The position numbers and the translations under genes were made by a program. DNA of 64,000 bases. Source: Eledone cirrhosa. Its lineage: Eukaryota. Position 1 is the stretch's first letter; every line of letters starts with the position of its first letter. The notes under the pieces are model-generated. The model had not been told where the DNA came from and searched no databases. It was given only the letters and a program-made list of their open reading frames with translations. The stretch spans positions 129,332,001-129,396,000 of the forward strand of contig OZ024745.1 in assembly GCA_964016885.1 (NCBI GenBank). The letters run 5' to 3'. Positions 14,560 to 28,478 of this stretch are shown here, in pieces.

Positions 14560-14747
14560 AAGTTATATTTAAAATTGTTGGGTTACAACTAGTAAATATT
14601 TATAACTGATATAAAAGCACTCGACAAATATTTGGAGTATATTTATTTCGGGGATATCATATTAACAATATGCTTCAAATGCTTCAAATGAAGTTGATGT
14701 TTATTACGGTATGTCGAATATATTTATCTATAAAACTGTTTATATTG

Positions 14748-14813
14748 TATTTTGTCTGATGAAGGCATAGCATATTGTTAATATGATATCCCCGAAATAT
14801 ATATAATGAAATA
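14748..14813 (+). ncRNA. Minimal type I hammerhead ribozyme motif (family B)
   Basis: tattttgt-CTGATGA-aggcatagcatattgttaatatgatatcccc-GAAA-t-atat-a-TA-atgaaata; palindromic AUAU loop; inverted partial copy at about 14645-14673. Confidence 0.75.
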
Positions 14814-14851
14814 AATATGGTTTTATAAATATAGTTTTCCATTTATTTAAT

Positions 14852-14900
<49 letters not shown>

Positions 14901-15018
14901 GGAGAGAGATATAAAGTAAATATCAATTGTACTGCCCATCTATCATATTTTCTATTTGTCGGTTTAGATATCTTTTTATCAATCTCTTCTCGCAGTCCTA
15001 ACTGCTCACCAACCGCTG

Positions 15019-15108
15019 CACACACATATATCCCACACACATATATCCCACACACATATATCCCACACACATATATCCCACACACATATATCCCACACAC
15101 ATATACCC
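15019..15108. repeat. 15-bp minisatellite (cacacatatatccca)n
   Basis: About 6 direct copies. Confidence 0.92.
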
Positions 15109-15124
15109 AGAGTTTCCTCTATAG

Positions 15125-15600
15125 CTCTTTTCAGTCTCTTTGTTTCTTGTCATACTTATTTGTCTCTCATGTCTCTATCTTCTCTCTCCTTCCTCCCTCT
15201 CACTGTCACCCTCTCCTCTCTCTCTGTCAAACTCTCCTCACTATTCCCCTCTATCTCTGTCACGTTCTACTCTCTCTTCACTCCCCCGTTTTCTCTTTCT
15301 CTCCCCCTCTCTCTGTCACACTCGCCCCTCTCTCTCCCTCTCTTTGTCTCTGTCACACTCTCCTCTCTTTGTGTGTCACATTCTACTCTCTTCTCTCTCG
15401 ATTTCCCCCCTCTCTCTCTGTCCCACTCTCTTCTCCCCCCTCTCTCTCTCTGTCACACTCTACTCTCTCTTTTTATCTCTCTTTCTCCATTTATCTTTTT
15501 TTTTCAACATCTCACGCTCTCTGTCCCTCTTCAGCAACTTCATCGAACTCTTCTCCTCCGCCTCTTTCTATGTTTTTACTCCTACTTCTTCCATCTCCCA
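15125..15600. repeat. CT-rich polypyrimidine low-complexity tract
   Basis: Recurrent ctctctgtcac motif. Confidence 0.8.
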
Positions 15601-15679
15601 ATTAGAAACATTCGCTCTTCATTCTCTTCCCGGTTGATTCATCTTACCCACACTCAATTACACAGTAGAATAGTTAATA

Positions 15680-15815
15680 AGTTCTATTATAGGCACAAGG
15701 CCAGCAATCTAGGGTCAGAGCAACTTCAATTAAATCGACACCAGTACATTACTGGTGCTTTATTTTATCGACCCCCGTAAGGATGAAAGGCAAAGTTAAC
15801 CTCGGCGGGATTTGA
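15680..15815 (-). mobile_element. tRNA-derived SINE, 5'-truncated
   Basis: Body and tail of the 7090 family. Confidence 0.8.
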
Positions 15816-15963
15816 AAGACTACAGGTACAAACCTGCCTCGCCTCCTAGCGTACACACACCGCATCTTTAAAAGATGTACAGGACTATGTTAAAAGACCC
15901 CCCCCCCCCTCATACACGCATCCATATGTGTCTTTATAATGAAATGTAAATAGCATGGATTTA

Positions 15964-17045
15964 GGTGGTAACTGTGGTGGTAACTGTGGTGGTAACTGTG
16001 GTGGTAACTGTGGTGGTAACGGTGGTGGTAACTGTGGTGGTAACTGTGGTGGTAACTGTGGTGGTAACGGTGGTGGTAACTGTGGTGGTAACTGTGGTGG
16101 TAACGGTGGTGGTAATGGCGGTAGTAATGGTGGTGGTAACTGTGGTGGTAAGAGTGGCGGTACCTGTGGTGGTAACGATGGTGGTAACTGTGGTGGTAAC
16201 TGTGGTGGTAACTGTGGTGGTAACGGTGGTGGTAACGGTGGTGGTAACGGTGGTGGTAACGGTGGTGGTAATGGTGGTGGTAACTGTGGTGGTAATGGCG
16301 GTAGTAATGGTGGTGGTAACTGTGGTGGTAATGGCGGTAGTAATGGTGGTGGTAACTGTGGTGGTAACTGAGGTGGTAATGGTGGTGGTAACGATGGTGG
16401 TAACTGTGGTGGTAAATTTGGTGGTAACGGTGGTGGTAACGGCGGTGGTGACGGCGGTGGTAATGGTGGTGGTAACGGTGGTGGTAACTGTGGTGGTAAT
16501 GGCGGTAGTAATGGTGGTGGTAACTGTGGTGGTAACTGAGGTGGTAATGGTGGTGGTAACTGTGGTGGTAATGGCGGTAGTAATGGTGGTGGTAACTGTG
16601 GTGGTAATGGCGGTAGTAATGGTGGTGGTAACTGTGGTGATAATTGAGGTGGTAATGGTGGTGGTAACGATGGTGGTAACTGTGGTGGTAAATTGGTGGT
16701 AACGGTGGTGGTAACGCCGGTGGTGACGGCGGTGGTAATGGTGGTGGTAACGGTGGTGGTAACTGTGGTGGTAACGGTGGTGGTAACGGTGGTGGTAACG
16801 GCGGTGGTGACGGCTGTGGTAATGGTGGTGGTAACTGTGGTGGTAACGGTGGTGTAACCGTGGTGGTGACGGCGGTGGTAATGGTGGTAACGGTGGTGGT
16901 AACGGCGGTGGTAACGGTGGTAACGGTGGTGATGACGGCGGTGGTAATGGTGGTGGTGACATGGTGGTACTGTGGTGGTGATGGCGGTGGTAATGGTGGT
17001 GGTGACGGTGGTGGTAACTGTGGTGATGACGGCGGTGTGACGGTA
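15964..17045. repeat. 12-bp minisatellite (GGTGGTAACTGT)n and variants
   Basis: More than 1 kb of degenerate direct repeats. Confidence 0.95.
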
Positions 17046-17425
17046 GATAGCTTGGATTATAGCGGTTCCGATTGTTGTAACGATGGTATTAACGGTATAT
17101 GTGGTGGTTCGGGTGGTGGTAAGGGCAGACGGAGAGGTAGTGGCTAGTGATCAGAGGGTGGGAAGATGTTGAAAGGTTAACATCTTTAACAACAATCAAT
17201 AAGTGATGTTAACCTGACCTCCATTTTGAACACCACCTTAGAAAGCCACCTCACCCCACACCTCACAGCAATCACCATCGACAGCATCACCACCAACTCT
17301 GCTGACATTTCAGATGAAAAGTTCAACAATAACAACTACAAAAACCACTGATGAGACATACAATCACATGTATCATGTATATATAATATATGTGTGTTTA
17401 TGTGTGTGTGCATATACATGTGTGT

Positions 17426-17544
<119 letters not shown>

Positions 17545-17545
17545 A

Positions 17546-17660
17546 TAGGAAATGAGTCAGGACCCCGACGGCTGAGCTCCGGCCGTTTCGACAGTGGGTT
17601 TATGTGTATGTTTGTGTGCATTCAAATGTGTGTAGATCAGGCTGTTGAAATAGCAACAGC
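17546..17660. mobile_element. Family A remnant
   Basis: taggaaatgagtcaggaccccgacggctgagctccggccgtttcgacag next to (TA)n. Confidence 0.6.
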
Positions 17661-17708
17661 TTAGACGTTGGGTCAAGATTCTTTATAATATAAATACACA
17701 CACACACA

Positions 17709-17773
<65 letters not shown>

Positions 17774-17808
17774 CCCCACCCCCCACCCCCCCACACACCC
17801 CCATACAC

Positions 17809-17857
<49 letters not shown>

Positions 17858-17915
17858 CACACACACATATATATATATATCCACACACACATATATATAT
17901 ACACACACACATATA

Positions 17916-17965
<50 letters not shown>

Positions 17966-18052
17966 AGATGTCAACATGAATGGACCTGTTATTTTTATCT
18001 AAAGACATTTTTTCAACCCCCCCTCCCCCTCAATCTATCTTATTTCTCATTC

Positions 18053-18092
18053 TTTCCTCTGATGAAGGACTAACGTCCGAAACGTTAAGACC
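18053..18092 (+). ncRNA. Hammerhead-like core (atypical stems I and III)
   Basis: CTGATGA-a-ggac-taac-gtcc-GAAA-cgtta; a truncated relative ctgatgaaggactaa is at 5638. Confidence 0.45.
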
Positions 18093-18177
18093 CTCTTCCT
18101 GCTATTTCAAGCGTCAACCTAATATATACCTTCCATATACTGCACTGATTGTGTTGTTATTCCTGTTTACCTTTTAC

Positions 18178-18242
<65 letters not shown>

Positions 18243-18514
18243 ACTGTGGCCTGAAAAGTTCATAACCTGACTATGAAGGAGAGATGCTAGAGCTGTTAAA
18301 TCTTGCATGTATTAATTTCGACTTTTATTAATGTTTCTGTCCAGGGACTATGTTGAAAAATATATCTCATTTGGTCATTCCATGAAAGCATCTTTTTAAC
18401 CCACCTACCTACTACATACCTACCTAATTACTTTCCTACATTCCTACCTATCTATCTCTCTCTCTCTCACTCTCTCTCTCTCCCCCTCTCTCTCTATCTC
18501 TCTCCCTCTCTCTC

Positions 18515-18565
<51 letters not shown>

Positions 18566-18579
18566 ATTTATCTATGTTT

Positions 18580-18670
18580 CAATATTTTTACACGATTGCA
18601 TGTAAAATCCCCGGCACGTGTCTTTGTTTTGTCCCCTTTTCTTGTGCGCCCTTGTGGCAAATAAAGAAAT
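18580..18670 (+). mobile_element. Short 3' terminal fragment of the Tx1-like LINE family
   Basis: Ends gcccttgtggcaaataaagaaat, matching the 3' ends at 42552-42577, 54021-54045 and 51546-51570 (-). Confidence 0.6.
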
Positions 18671-18687
18671 ATATATATATATATATA

Positions 18688-19063
18688 TAATCACAAGTGA
18701 TATTCAATTTGTTGGTAATTCAACAAATATAAATCTTTATAACCGATTCAGAGCACTCAACAATTTTCTGGAGTATAATATACAATGATATTAAATAAAT
18801 GGAAAGTATATTTATAAAACCATATTTATTCTATCATATATATTTCAAGGGTACCAAAATTTTGGTTCGCTATCATCAGATAAAATTCCATCCAGAGATA
18901 ACTTGAACTATTAAGGTATATTATCCTTGGTTATATCAACATTTATAAAACACAATTCGTATTTTATTTGATGATAGCGTACCAAAATATTTGATACCCT
19001 TGAAATATATATAATAGAATAAATATGGTGGTTTTATAAATATAGCTTCCATTTATTTAATAT

Positions 19064-19070
<7 letters not shown>
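18688..19070. mobile_element. Family B fold-back element with two opposed, mutated hammerhead motifs
   Basis: Arms about 18780-18887 and 18960-19070 are inverted; the minus motif has CTGATGA...GAAA-t-atat-a-TG, the plus motif TTGATGA...GAAA-t-atat-a-TA; tail 18688-18779; TA flanks. Confidence 0.78.
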
Positions 19071-19126
<56 letters not shown>

Positions 19127-19490
19127 TGTCCACTCTCTGTAATTGTCTATACTTTTATCTATGGAATTCTATTTCTTTTCTCTTTCTCTATTGGCTTTCT
19201 CATCCTTTCTCTCTCTACATATCTATCCAGACATCTACAGGAAGTGAGAGATGGAAGAGGGAGAAAAAGAGAGCATGTAAAGTAATCTTTCTTTATGTGT
19301 GTATATATGTATGCGCGTGCGTGTGTGTGAGTGTGTGTGTATGTATGTAATGGAAGCTGAAAGAGAAAATAACATACAATACTGAAAAATAGAAAATAAA
19401 TCGATAATTAGATGGAAGCATGGATACACTAACAGACAGAAAGACAAGCTGATATATATATATATATATATAAAGATAGATAGACAGAAC

Positions 19491-19552
<62 letters not shown>

Positions 19553-19619
19553 CAGAAAGATGGATTGACAGATAAATGGATAGATAGAAATATAAGATAT
19601 AGAAATTGAAAGACAGACA

Positions 19620-19671
<52 letters not shown>

Positions 19672-19675
<4 letters not shown>

Positions 19676-19790
19676 GTAGGAGGTGAGTTTTATTGTAGCA
19701 CAATAAAGCAATGCAAATATCGGATAAGTAGCACTCAACAGTTTATAGGACTGGAGTATAAATAATATAAGATCAAAAGATAGTTAAATA
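19672..19790 (-). mobile_element. Tail fragment of fold-back family E
   Basis: Reverse complement matches 57855-57970; TA flanks. Confidence 0.75.
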
Positions 19791-20087
19791 TATATATATA
19801 TATTGGCAGATAAATGAATAGATAGATTATGCGATCCGTGAGTAGTTTGCCAACCATAGTTATATGGAGAGCTTGTTAGATAAAAATGAAACTATTGATA
19901 ATTGGATAGCACACATATATAAACATTTAAATTAATTTAAAGATCCGTTCAGCTGGAAAACAATAGTTGAATTAATGTTCAAGTATTTGAGACATTAAAA
20001 AAATAATAGTTATATATGTATAGTAAGGAATTAGTTCAGACAAAATCTGGCATCGTTTACGCCGATGAAAACTCTATCTTCAATATT

Positions 20088-20458
20088 TACTCTCAAGCCC
20101 CAAATAATAGGGGTCTGTGGTTAGGAATCAGTAGGTGTGGGAGATGGGTGTTAAAATTCGGTAATTTTTATAGGTTGTCTTCGGTGATGTTTTTAAAAAA
20201 AATCAGAATTAGTCGTTTTAGTTGTTTTATAACATATGAGATATTTTGTAATGTTCTTTTTTAGTCATGTACAATGTTCTTTAAAGGCTAAAAAAAAATT
20301 AATATTCACAGGAGTTACAACTTAAAATAAAATTTCGACACCGGAGATAGATTATCAAGATTTGATAAGTGGGTGAGGTGAGGTAGATTAAGATCTGTAA
20401 AATATCTGAAAAATTAATAAGTGGGGAATGGGGGATTATTATTCGAGACCCGAGTGTA
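20088..20458. mobile_element. TA-flanked MITE (Tc1/mariner-like)
   Basis: Imperfect TIR tactctcaagccccaaataata / tattattcgagacccgagtgta; a homologous copy lies at 34347-34760. Confidence 0.65.
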
Positions 20459-20937
20459 CTTAATGATTTTCTAATTTCTTCGACTAGTGGAGTAATAAAT
20501 GTTCCTCGCTAAGGAAGACAGACTATGTGTGGAATTGTCTAACTTAATTCCAAGAAACGTTTTATGATCTCGGTATGTTCTCTATAAATATTTGTCTAAT
20601 TTTGACATTAATTTCTCAAAATATCATATGTGTATTAAGTATATTCAATTAAGCATATTTTTATGAAGAGAAATTGTTTCATTGTTTTTTAAATTTTAAT
20701 CTTTCTACACCAATAATTGTACAATTTTTATTCGAATCCATTAACATTATTTGTTTCAAGACTGCATAGTTTTTCGGAAAGCAGAGAACCGTCTTGTGTC
20801 CGTAGAGAGGTGGACGGTCAAGGTTTTAAGACTTTTCATTAGTAATCTTGACCAAATTTAAATAATAAAAATTGCAAAATTGTAGAGAAAATTATACATT
20901 CTGCGCTCAAATGTATACTAAGCAGCATGTCTACATA

Positions 20938-21330
20938 ACGGTTTCTGATTTAGGCACAAGGCCAACAATTTGTGTGTGTGTGTGTAGGGGGGGGGGGGGG
21001 TTAATTATTGTTACTTTATTTTATCGACCTCGTAAAGATGAAAGGCAAAAACTAACCTCGACGGGATTTGAACTCAGAACAACACAAAGCATGTTTCCGA
21101 TGCTCTACCGATACTGCCAATCCACTGCCTTTAATAATGGTTTCTGATTTAGGCACAATGCGAATCATTTTGGGGGAGTGGAAAGTCAATTAAATCGACT
21201 CCAGGGCGTTACTGGTACTTTATTGTATCGACCCCGTGAAGAAAAAAGGCAAAGCTAACCATAGCAGGATTTGAACTCAGAACCTAAAGTGAACGTAACT
21301 ATATGCCGCAAAGCGTATTGTCCACCGATT
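20938..21330 (-). mobile_element. Two tandem tRNA-derived SINE copies
   Basis: 7090-family motifs present twice. Confidence 0.85.
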
Positions 21331-21484
21331 CTGATAACAACACGAGAAAATCACTACTCAGCAGTACAGCCTAGAACGTAACACGCAATATTTAATTCTA
21401 CACGACATTTTGTTTACAACTTATGCAAAAATAATCGCAAGAGAATACAAATACTGGTACCACTACCACCATCACATTTTACCT

Positions 21485-21670
21485 CTAGGAGTTTTCTGGT
21501 GTCCTTGGCCCTAGGACCACCTCCCTACTTACTACCATCGGCACGGAGTTGGCTACCCGAATGTGTGAGCCTCGTGAGCTGAAATCGCTCTTCCAACGCG
21601 TCTCCCTCACCCTCCTCCTGGGAAACACCTTCTCTATTATGTCCGCCCGAGCCACGGCGTGGCATTGTGA
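21485..21670 (+). mobile_element. Short 3' fragment of a CRE-clade non-LTR element
   Basis: Similar to 45885-46050 (SGVLGPR...CEPREL..LFQRVSL). Confidence 0.75.
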
Positions 21671-21994
21671 ACTCTCATTTGTTTATAATAGTGAGAGATG
21701 GGGAGAGCGAGAGAGACGAAGGCAGTGGGTGAAAAAGGGAAAACATCAACACTTATTTACTTATTTATTTATTTGTCTTTACTTCTATTACCACACTACA
21801 TCACTACAACATTACCAAGGCAAAATCAGAATATTAAAGCTGGAACTTAACTATAATCTTTTCTATATCCGAAAAAAAGGCGAAGGGACTGTTAAATTCA
21901 GGTCTTTGTAAATGAAGGCAGCGAATTGGCAGACGGTAGGCGTCCGAATAAAAGCCTCGATATTTGTTCCGGCTCTCTGCCCTTTGAGTTTAAA

Positions 21995-22187
21995 CAGACC
22001 TGCCAACTCTTCTCGTCCGACGGGGGAGCTCTCCACCCTCTTTGGGGTGGTTGAGATATGTCTTCTCTTGTGAAAATGGGTATAGCTTTCATTATGTAAA
22101 ATCTCCCTATTTTGTCTCATTTCTCCTCATTTTAGGGCCCTTTTTTATAGTACTCCCCGTTAGGGCTTTTAGAGGTTGGCAGGTCTG
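21995..22187. mobile_element. 193-bp MITE inserted in a SINE
   Basis: 13-bp perfect TIR cagacctgccaac/gttggcaggtctg; flanks gtttaaa/gtttaag; interrupts a SINE (head ggcagcgaattggcag at 21917, body resumes ttagccttttatcc at about 22211). Confidence 0.8.
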
Positions 22188-23894
22188 GTTTAAGTATCGC
22201 CTAAGTAAGCTTAGCCTTTTATCCTATCGAGGTAAATAAAAACATTACTAATCCTGTACTGGATTTGATTCCCCCCCTCTTTATCTCATTTGTCATTCAT
22301 TCCAAGGAAGAAATGGCCCGTGATCAGACATATAGTGAAGATAGGCTCCGCCAAATTTAAAATGCTCAACACTCGCCGTATGTCATGGTCATGGCGGCAC
22401 CCCTATAATTCAACCGTTTCTTGTATAGGGTGCAAGTCTTCCTGAAAGTATTTTTTTTTTCAGAAAGTGCAGTAATTAGCTTCGTTTTACTTTATTGATA
22501 AGTAAATTGAGTTTTAGTTAAAAAATTAAGAAAATATAAAATGAATGCTAAATTTTTCTCCTATGTATTCGTCGCGAGAATTAACACGATCTCGTGACCT
22601 AATGAATCAATTATTCGTGATATAGCCTCACGTACCAACGCTTCGAACCACTGAGCAGCCTTTCCAATTTTATTCAATATAGTTTTCTGACAGATTATCA
22701 GACAAAAATAGTGTAGAGTTAAATGCATAAAAAAAACCCCGAATGCTTAAACCTACAGTGGTTGATCTTTATCTCATTAATTATGTAGGTTAAAATGTTG
22801 ATTACATCTTCCAGCATATTTTTCTTTCTTTCTATTTTTCTCTTTCTCTCTTTCACTCTTTGTATTTTTTCTTTCTTTCTCATTGTCTTTACCCCCTCCC
22901 GTAACTTTAAAATATTTTGATATAGTTTTAGCGAACGATGTATCGTAGAATAAAGTCTACGATACAGGTTCCATTTCCTTGACATAATTATTTGTTCTTG
23001 AAACCTAATGCATTTAACAATACGATGAACACCATAGAACTAATTTTCTTTGAAGTCATATATTGGATCATAAACCGCTAAGCAAAGGTCGTAATAGAGT
23101 TTATGAAATTTATAAATATCTATTTGTGTTGTTTATTCATTTTTAATTTTAGCATTCTCTTTAGCAATTGAAAGTCAAATAGAAACATCGATCTGTTGGT
23201 ACGATCTGTCGTATTAGTGTATATTTTAAGCTTCATTCTGAAAACATGGGGCTGAATCAATACAAACGATAGGATCTCTAGACGGATATACGAGAAGCAA
23301 TGGAATGAAAGCATAACTTCTCTGGTTAGACAAAGTTAATTTTGCTATTTTTGTTCCACATTGTACAATATTACAATATCTCATTTCTCTACGTCGAATT
23401 GCTCATTGTATAATTTTAGTAATTCTGTTAATTCTAATGAATTAAATGATATCATATCATCACATATCCAAGTTTTGTTTGATAAGAACGCCGTAAGGAA
23501 TATTTATATAGTCTTAACTAAATCTAGGTCAACAAATTATGTGCAAATGGATGTTATTGACATTCAACAAGTTTCAATGTTTCAATACCTGAATATATAA
23601 AAGTCATCAAGAGTGAACAATATGTGGACAGCTTGAATACATATGATAGTGACATATATTATTACTTGAGACAATTGAGATATTGAGATGCTGAATTCAA
23701 TAAAGCTTTCCGCGTAAGTTTAAGAACATCTGCTTCTAGAATGTATTGTACCAACGTTTGACGAAACATTTTATGATTTTGTATTTTGCAGCATCAAGAT
23801 TTGAATAAAGTCATGTCTAATGAATAGGCTACGTTTGAAACAGCCTGTCAACACTAGTGGCATGCTTTATCCAACTATTAAAATTATCAAGATA

Positions 23895-24290
23895 ATGGTT
23901 TTTGACACTGTCAGCAATTTTGCTTGAGGGGGAAGTCGATTAAATCAAATCCAGTGAGTAACTGGTACTTTATTTTATCGACCACGTAAGGATGAAAGGC
24001 AAAGCTAGCCTCGGCAGGATTTGAACCCACAACGTAAAGGGCCGTAACTCTATGCTGCTAAGCATGTTGGCCAATGCTCTACCGATACTGCCAATTCACT
24101 GCCCAAGATAATTGTTTCTACTTTTGGTACAAGACCAGCAATTACACCAGTGCATTACTGGTACTGTATTTTATCGACCCCATAAGGAGGAAAGGCAAAG
24201 TTAACCTCGGCGGGATTTGAACAGACATCATAAAGGGGCATAACTCTATGATGCAAAGCATGGTATCTGACGCTCTACCGATTCTGCCAT
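23895..24290 (-). mobile_element. Two tandem tRNA-derived SINE copies
   Basis: 7090-family motifs present twice. Confidence 0.85.
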
Positions 24291-25038
24291 ACGGGAAGAC
24301 TTGTCCACACAACTAGCATGCGTTATTCAACTATTAAAATTACCAAGATAATGAAATACTTATTGCAGTAATGATGAGCGTCTCAAAGCAACAACGATCG
24401 CATCCGAAGATTATTAAATTGCAAACTGTTAGAAAATATAAGGCAGAAGTAGATTAAATATAAAGACAAATAAATTTATAATAATCAGTGAGAATGACAG
24501 GCAAGTATTTAAGATAAACCATGAAAGCAACAGGAAAGAAAACGAGAAGTGGTTGAGTAACGGCATAAACAGAGAAGAAACAAAGAAGAAACAAAGAAGG
24601 AATATTTAATTCGTAAACGTGGGTGGAAAAAAACAGCTGCAGAGGGATTATCAAATACAGACATATTTAACTATGGTGGGCATAAACTTCATCTTTCTCT
24701 TCTCATCCAGCATTACATATATACATACACACGCATACACGCCAACACACACGCACATATATACATACATAAAACATTCCAAAAATTCTGCATCTAATAC
24801 CTGCATATACACTTGTACAGATACAAAGCATATAAACATGCACACATACAACTAAAAAAAATACACATCGACACTTACAATAACATCCATTCCTGCACAC
24901 ACATGCATGCAGACATGCAGACATATCTACCTAGTTGATATTATGTAAATTCCAATGAGAGAGTCTTGTATCTATGTTAGAAACCGGCTCTCTATTTATG
25001 AAACCAGAAGAACATACATACATACATACATACATACA

Positions 25039-25072
<34 letters not shown>

Positions 25073-25162
25073 CATGAATGGCGGACTTTTACACAACTAC
25101 TTCCCGCCTGTACTCAGTGGTTTTTAAGTGAGAGTCAGTGCCATTCTGCAGATTTTACACCA

Positions 25163-25322
<160 letters not shown>

Positions 25323-25628
25323 CTCTCTAAGGAGGTGTATTGTCATATAGAAACAACAGCAGTACGGTAAAGGAATATAAAAGATACTTCAAATCAAATG
25401 CTTACTTCCTCGGAGTAGGTTATTATAGAACTTGTGATATGCTGATATCCCATTAGTGATATCACAGACAATAATGATGTTAATTTGGTGGAATAGTCAC
25501 TTGATATATGGATTTGAAAGTTGAGAAATGTATATAGGAAATTGTTCATTGTCTATGGTGGTGCATGTGTTCGGGTTTTAAGAAATAAATGTAATAAGCT
25601 AATTGCAAAGTCAGAATTGCACACACAC

Positions 25629-25751
<123 letters not shown>

Positions 25752-26619
25752 TGAGAGAGAGGAGGGAGAAAGAGAGAGAAATATATATATATAGAGAGAG
25801 AGACCGTTAGAAAGTACAACTGACATATATTTGAAGAAAATGAAGTATGTATGAGATGAATCACTTACTGTTGGAAGTTAACTCTACACTTGTAGAGTTT
25901 CCATATTACCTTTGCTAAGATTAAGAGAAAACAATGAAAATAAGAGCAAAGAAAATATATACAATAGATTTTTCTGTCATTTTAAATAATTAACTACTAA
26001 AAACATGTGTTTCTGTCTGACTCACAAGTTCTTTAACAGAGATTTACAATCTGGGTATACGCGTAAGATCACAGGAAACTAAAAATATATTACTTTCTAT
26101 TGTGTAAGCGACGTTTATGAATACAATTCTGCAGTCTATCATGATATAGTAAATTCTGTCTTGCTGACATATATAGTGACCACATGCAGGGCAGTAACTT
26201 ACTATACAAAAGAGGCCGCCATCATTACACCGTATTCCATCAAACTAATTTTGACCATGCGCGCCTGCTGTTTATGCAGAGTGGCAGGACGTTGTAAAAA
26301 AAAAAAAAATTTTTTTTTTTGGTATTTATAATGTCTGACAGGACTACGTTATTTTCGCTTCCCCCACAACATACTAAGAAACGAACACATTCACAGACTC
26401 AATATCTACATGTGTATGTGAATAAAGAAAGTGCTATCAGGTGTTTCGTTTCCAAATAAATATTTGTAAGGTGGGTAACTAACAGAGTTTCTTAAGTTTA
26501 TCAGATGGCAACAGCGACTGAATTTCTTTCGAAATTTCTCGATAAATAAAGAACCAGTTTTGTGGGCGATTCTTCTTCTTCTTCTTCTTCTTCTTCTTCT
26601 TCTTCTTCTTCTTCTTCTT

Positions 26620-27430
26620 CGCTCACGTATACCTGAGGGGGGCGGGGGTCTTGTGGGCAGTGTCCTCTTTCAACGGATCTTATCAGAAGTAAACGTCTCC
26701 AATTGATCTGACTGAATTCCCATGCGAGACCTCCAGAGCTCATGAAATTTATCCAACTATCTTGCTTGACGTCTACCTCCGGGTTTCCTGTCGATTGGTT
26801 TTCCCCATAAAATCATTCCCGAGATATTCTAACCACATCTCCATAGTATCGGAGCTGTTATCTTTCAATTTGGAGAAGTAGCGGCTCTATTCTTTCGGTC
26901 ATTGTCCAAGATTCATGGCCTTAGTTAATGGTTTGCACGAATACAGAACTGAAAATAACGAGTCTGGCTTTTACACAGACCACCCCCTCAACATTTCTTT
27001 TCTGATGCCCGAATATTGAAGCTGGTGCATTACTGCACCAGTTTCTGAAAGTGTTGCACTGAATTCAGCCTCCTGCATTCCACTACTCGTCAATACGGCC
27101 CCGAGATACGTCTATTTCTCCACTTCCTTCAGCGGAACGCCATTCCCATGTAGAGTGCATTACACAGGCTTCCTTGAAAGGATGTGTGTTTCAGTCTTCA
27201 AAGCATTGATTTATATTCCAACTGTGCAGCACTCGACAACAAACGTATAAAGTGTATGTTGAAGGTCCCCTGCATGACGTGGTAAGTAATACCATGTCAT
27301 CTGCAAATTCCACCCGAGTGATCTTACACCCACCAGCCATGATATCACTTCCAACTCTGCTGCGCATGTCAATCTAGTTGATGAATATTATGAACAGTAG
27401 AATTGTCAGTACGCAACCAAGTCGGTCACA
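26620..27430 (-). mobile_element. Decayed RTE-clade LINE 3' fragment, next to a (TTC)n tract
   Basis: Minus-strand remnants LGCVLTILLFIIFI, EFADDM, VEK*TYLGAV, GHESWTMTERIESR. Confidence 0.75.
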
Positions 27431-27677
27431 CGACAGCACAATCTTATCTTGAAGTTCTCAGTAGCAAACAATTTACCTAAGAGCAGTTAGAGGGTCCGTA
27501 TCTAACAGCGATCGTCTGCCACTGATAACACCAAAGGAATTGAATAAACAATTTAAGATGAACATCACTCAGAATTCAATGAGAATTAATCTTACTTAGA
27601 AACAGAAGAAAACCTAGCCAAAACAATCGAAAATATATTTTCTCAGTCCTGTCATCCAATTCTGGATTAAATGCTCA

Positions 27678-27724
<47 letters not shown>

Positions 27725-27767
27725 TTATCTCTATTTTTTAAATATATATATATACATATGTGTGTGC

Positions 27768-27851
<84 letters not shown>

Positions 27852-28301
27852 AAATCGAACTAGGACAATGAAAAAAAAAATAAAACGACGGAAAGACGGA
27901 CAGTCTCATCTCCTTAGTCAACCCCTGGAAATCACTAAGGTTTCGGTTATTAAGCTCGACACCATACATTCCAGTGCACACAACACAGCAGGTTGAGAGA
28001 GATTATGCTTCTAGGCAAATTACAAGGCTCATTTGCCCGGTGATTATCCCGGTTTCATGGCGCAAAGCGACTGAGAGTAAAACACTCTCCCCTGGACAGG
28101 ACGCCGGTCTATACCAAACGAATATATATATATACCATTCCATCTCCTCCATCCTCTATATCTATATGTACAACCTGTATTATCTTACTACAACTTGATC
28201 TATAATGATTCTTATATACCTTTATTAATTTTTTTGATTATTTCATTAAAATATATATATTTTTTTATTTTTATTATTTTATTAATGTATTTTTATCAAT
28301 G

Positions 28302-28478
28302 TATTCTTTATCTTTGTATTCTATTTTTATATTTGTATTTGATCTTTGTATCCTGCTTTTATTCTTTATCTTTGTATTCTATCTTTATATTTGTATTTGA
28401 TCTTTGTATCCTTCTTTTATTCTTTATCTTTGTATTCTATCTTTATATTTGTATTTGATCTTTGTATCCTGCTTTTAT
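28302..28478. repeat. 58-bp tandem repeat x3
   Basis: tattctttatctttgtattctat.tttatatttgtatttgatctttgtatcct.cttt starting at 28302, 28360 and 28418. Confidence 0.92.

Noticed and set aside
15955-16371. Gly/Asn/Cys-rich ORF (GGNC)n resembling a structural protein
   Set aside because: 12-bp minisatellite that continues past scattered stops and phase slips; no signal peptide or splice evidence
18238-18400. Mariner-like left end
   Set aside because: Only vague TIR similarity; no partner TIR or coding remnant found
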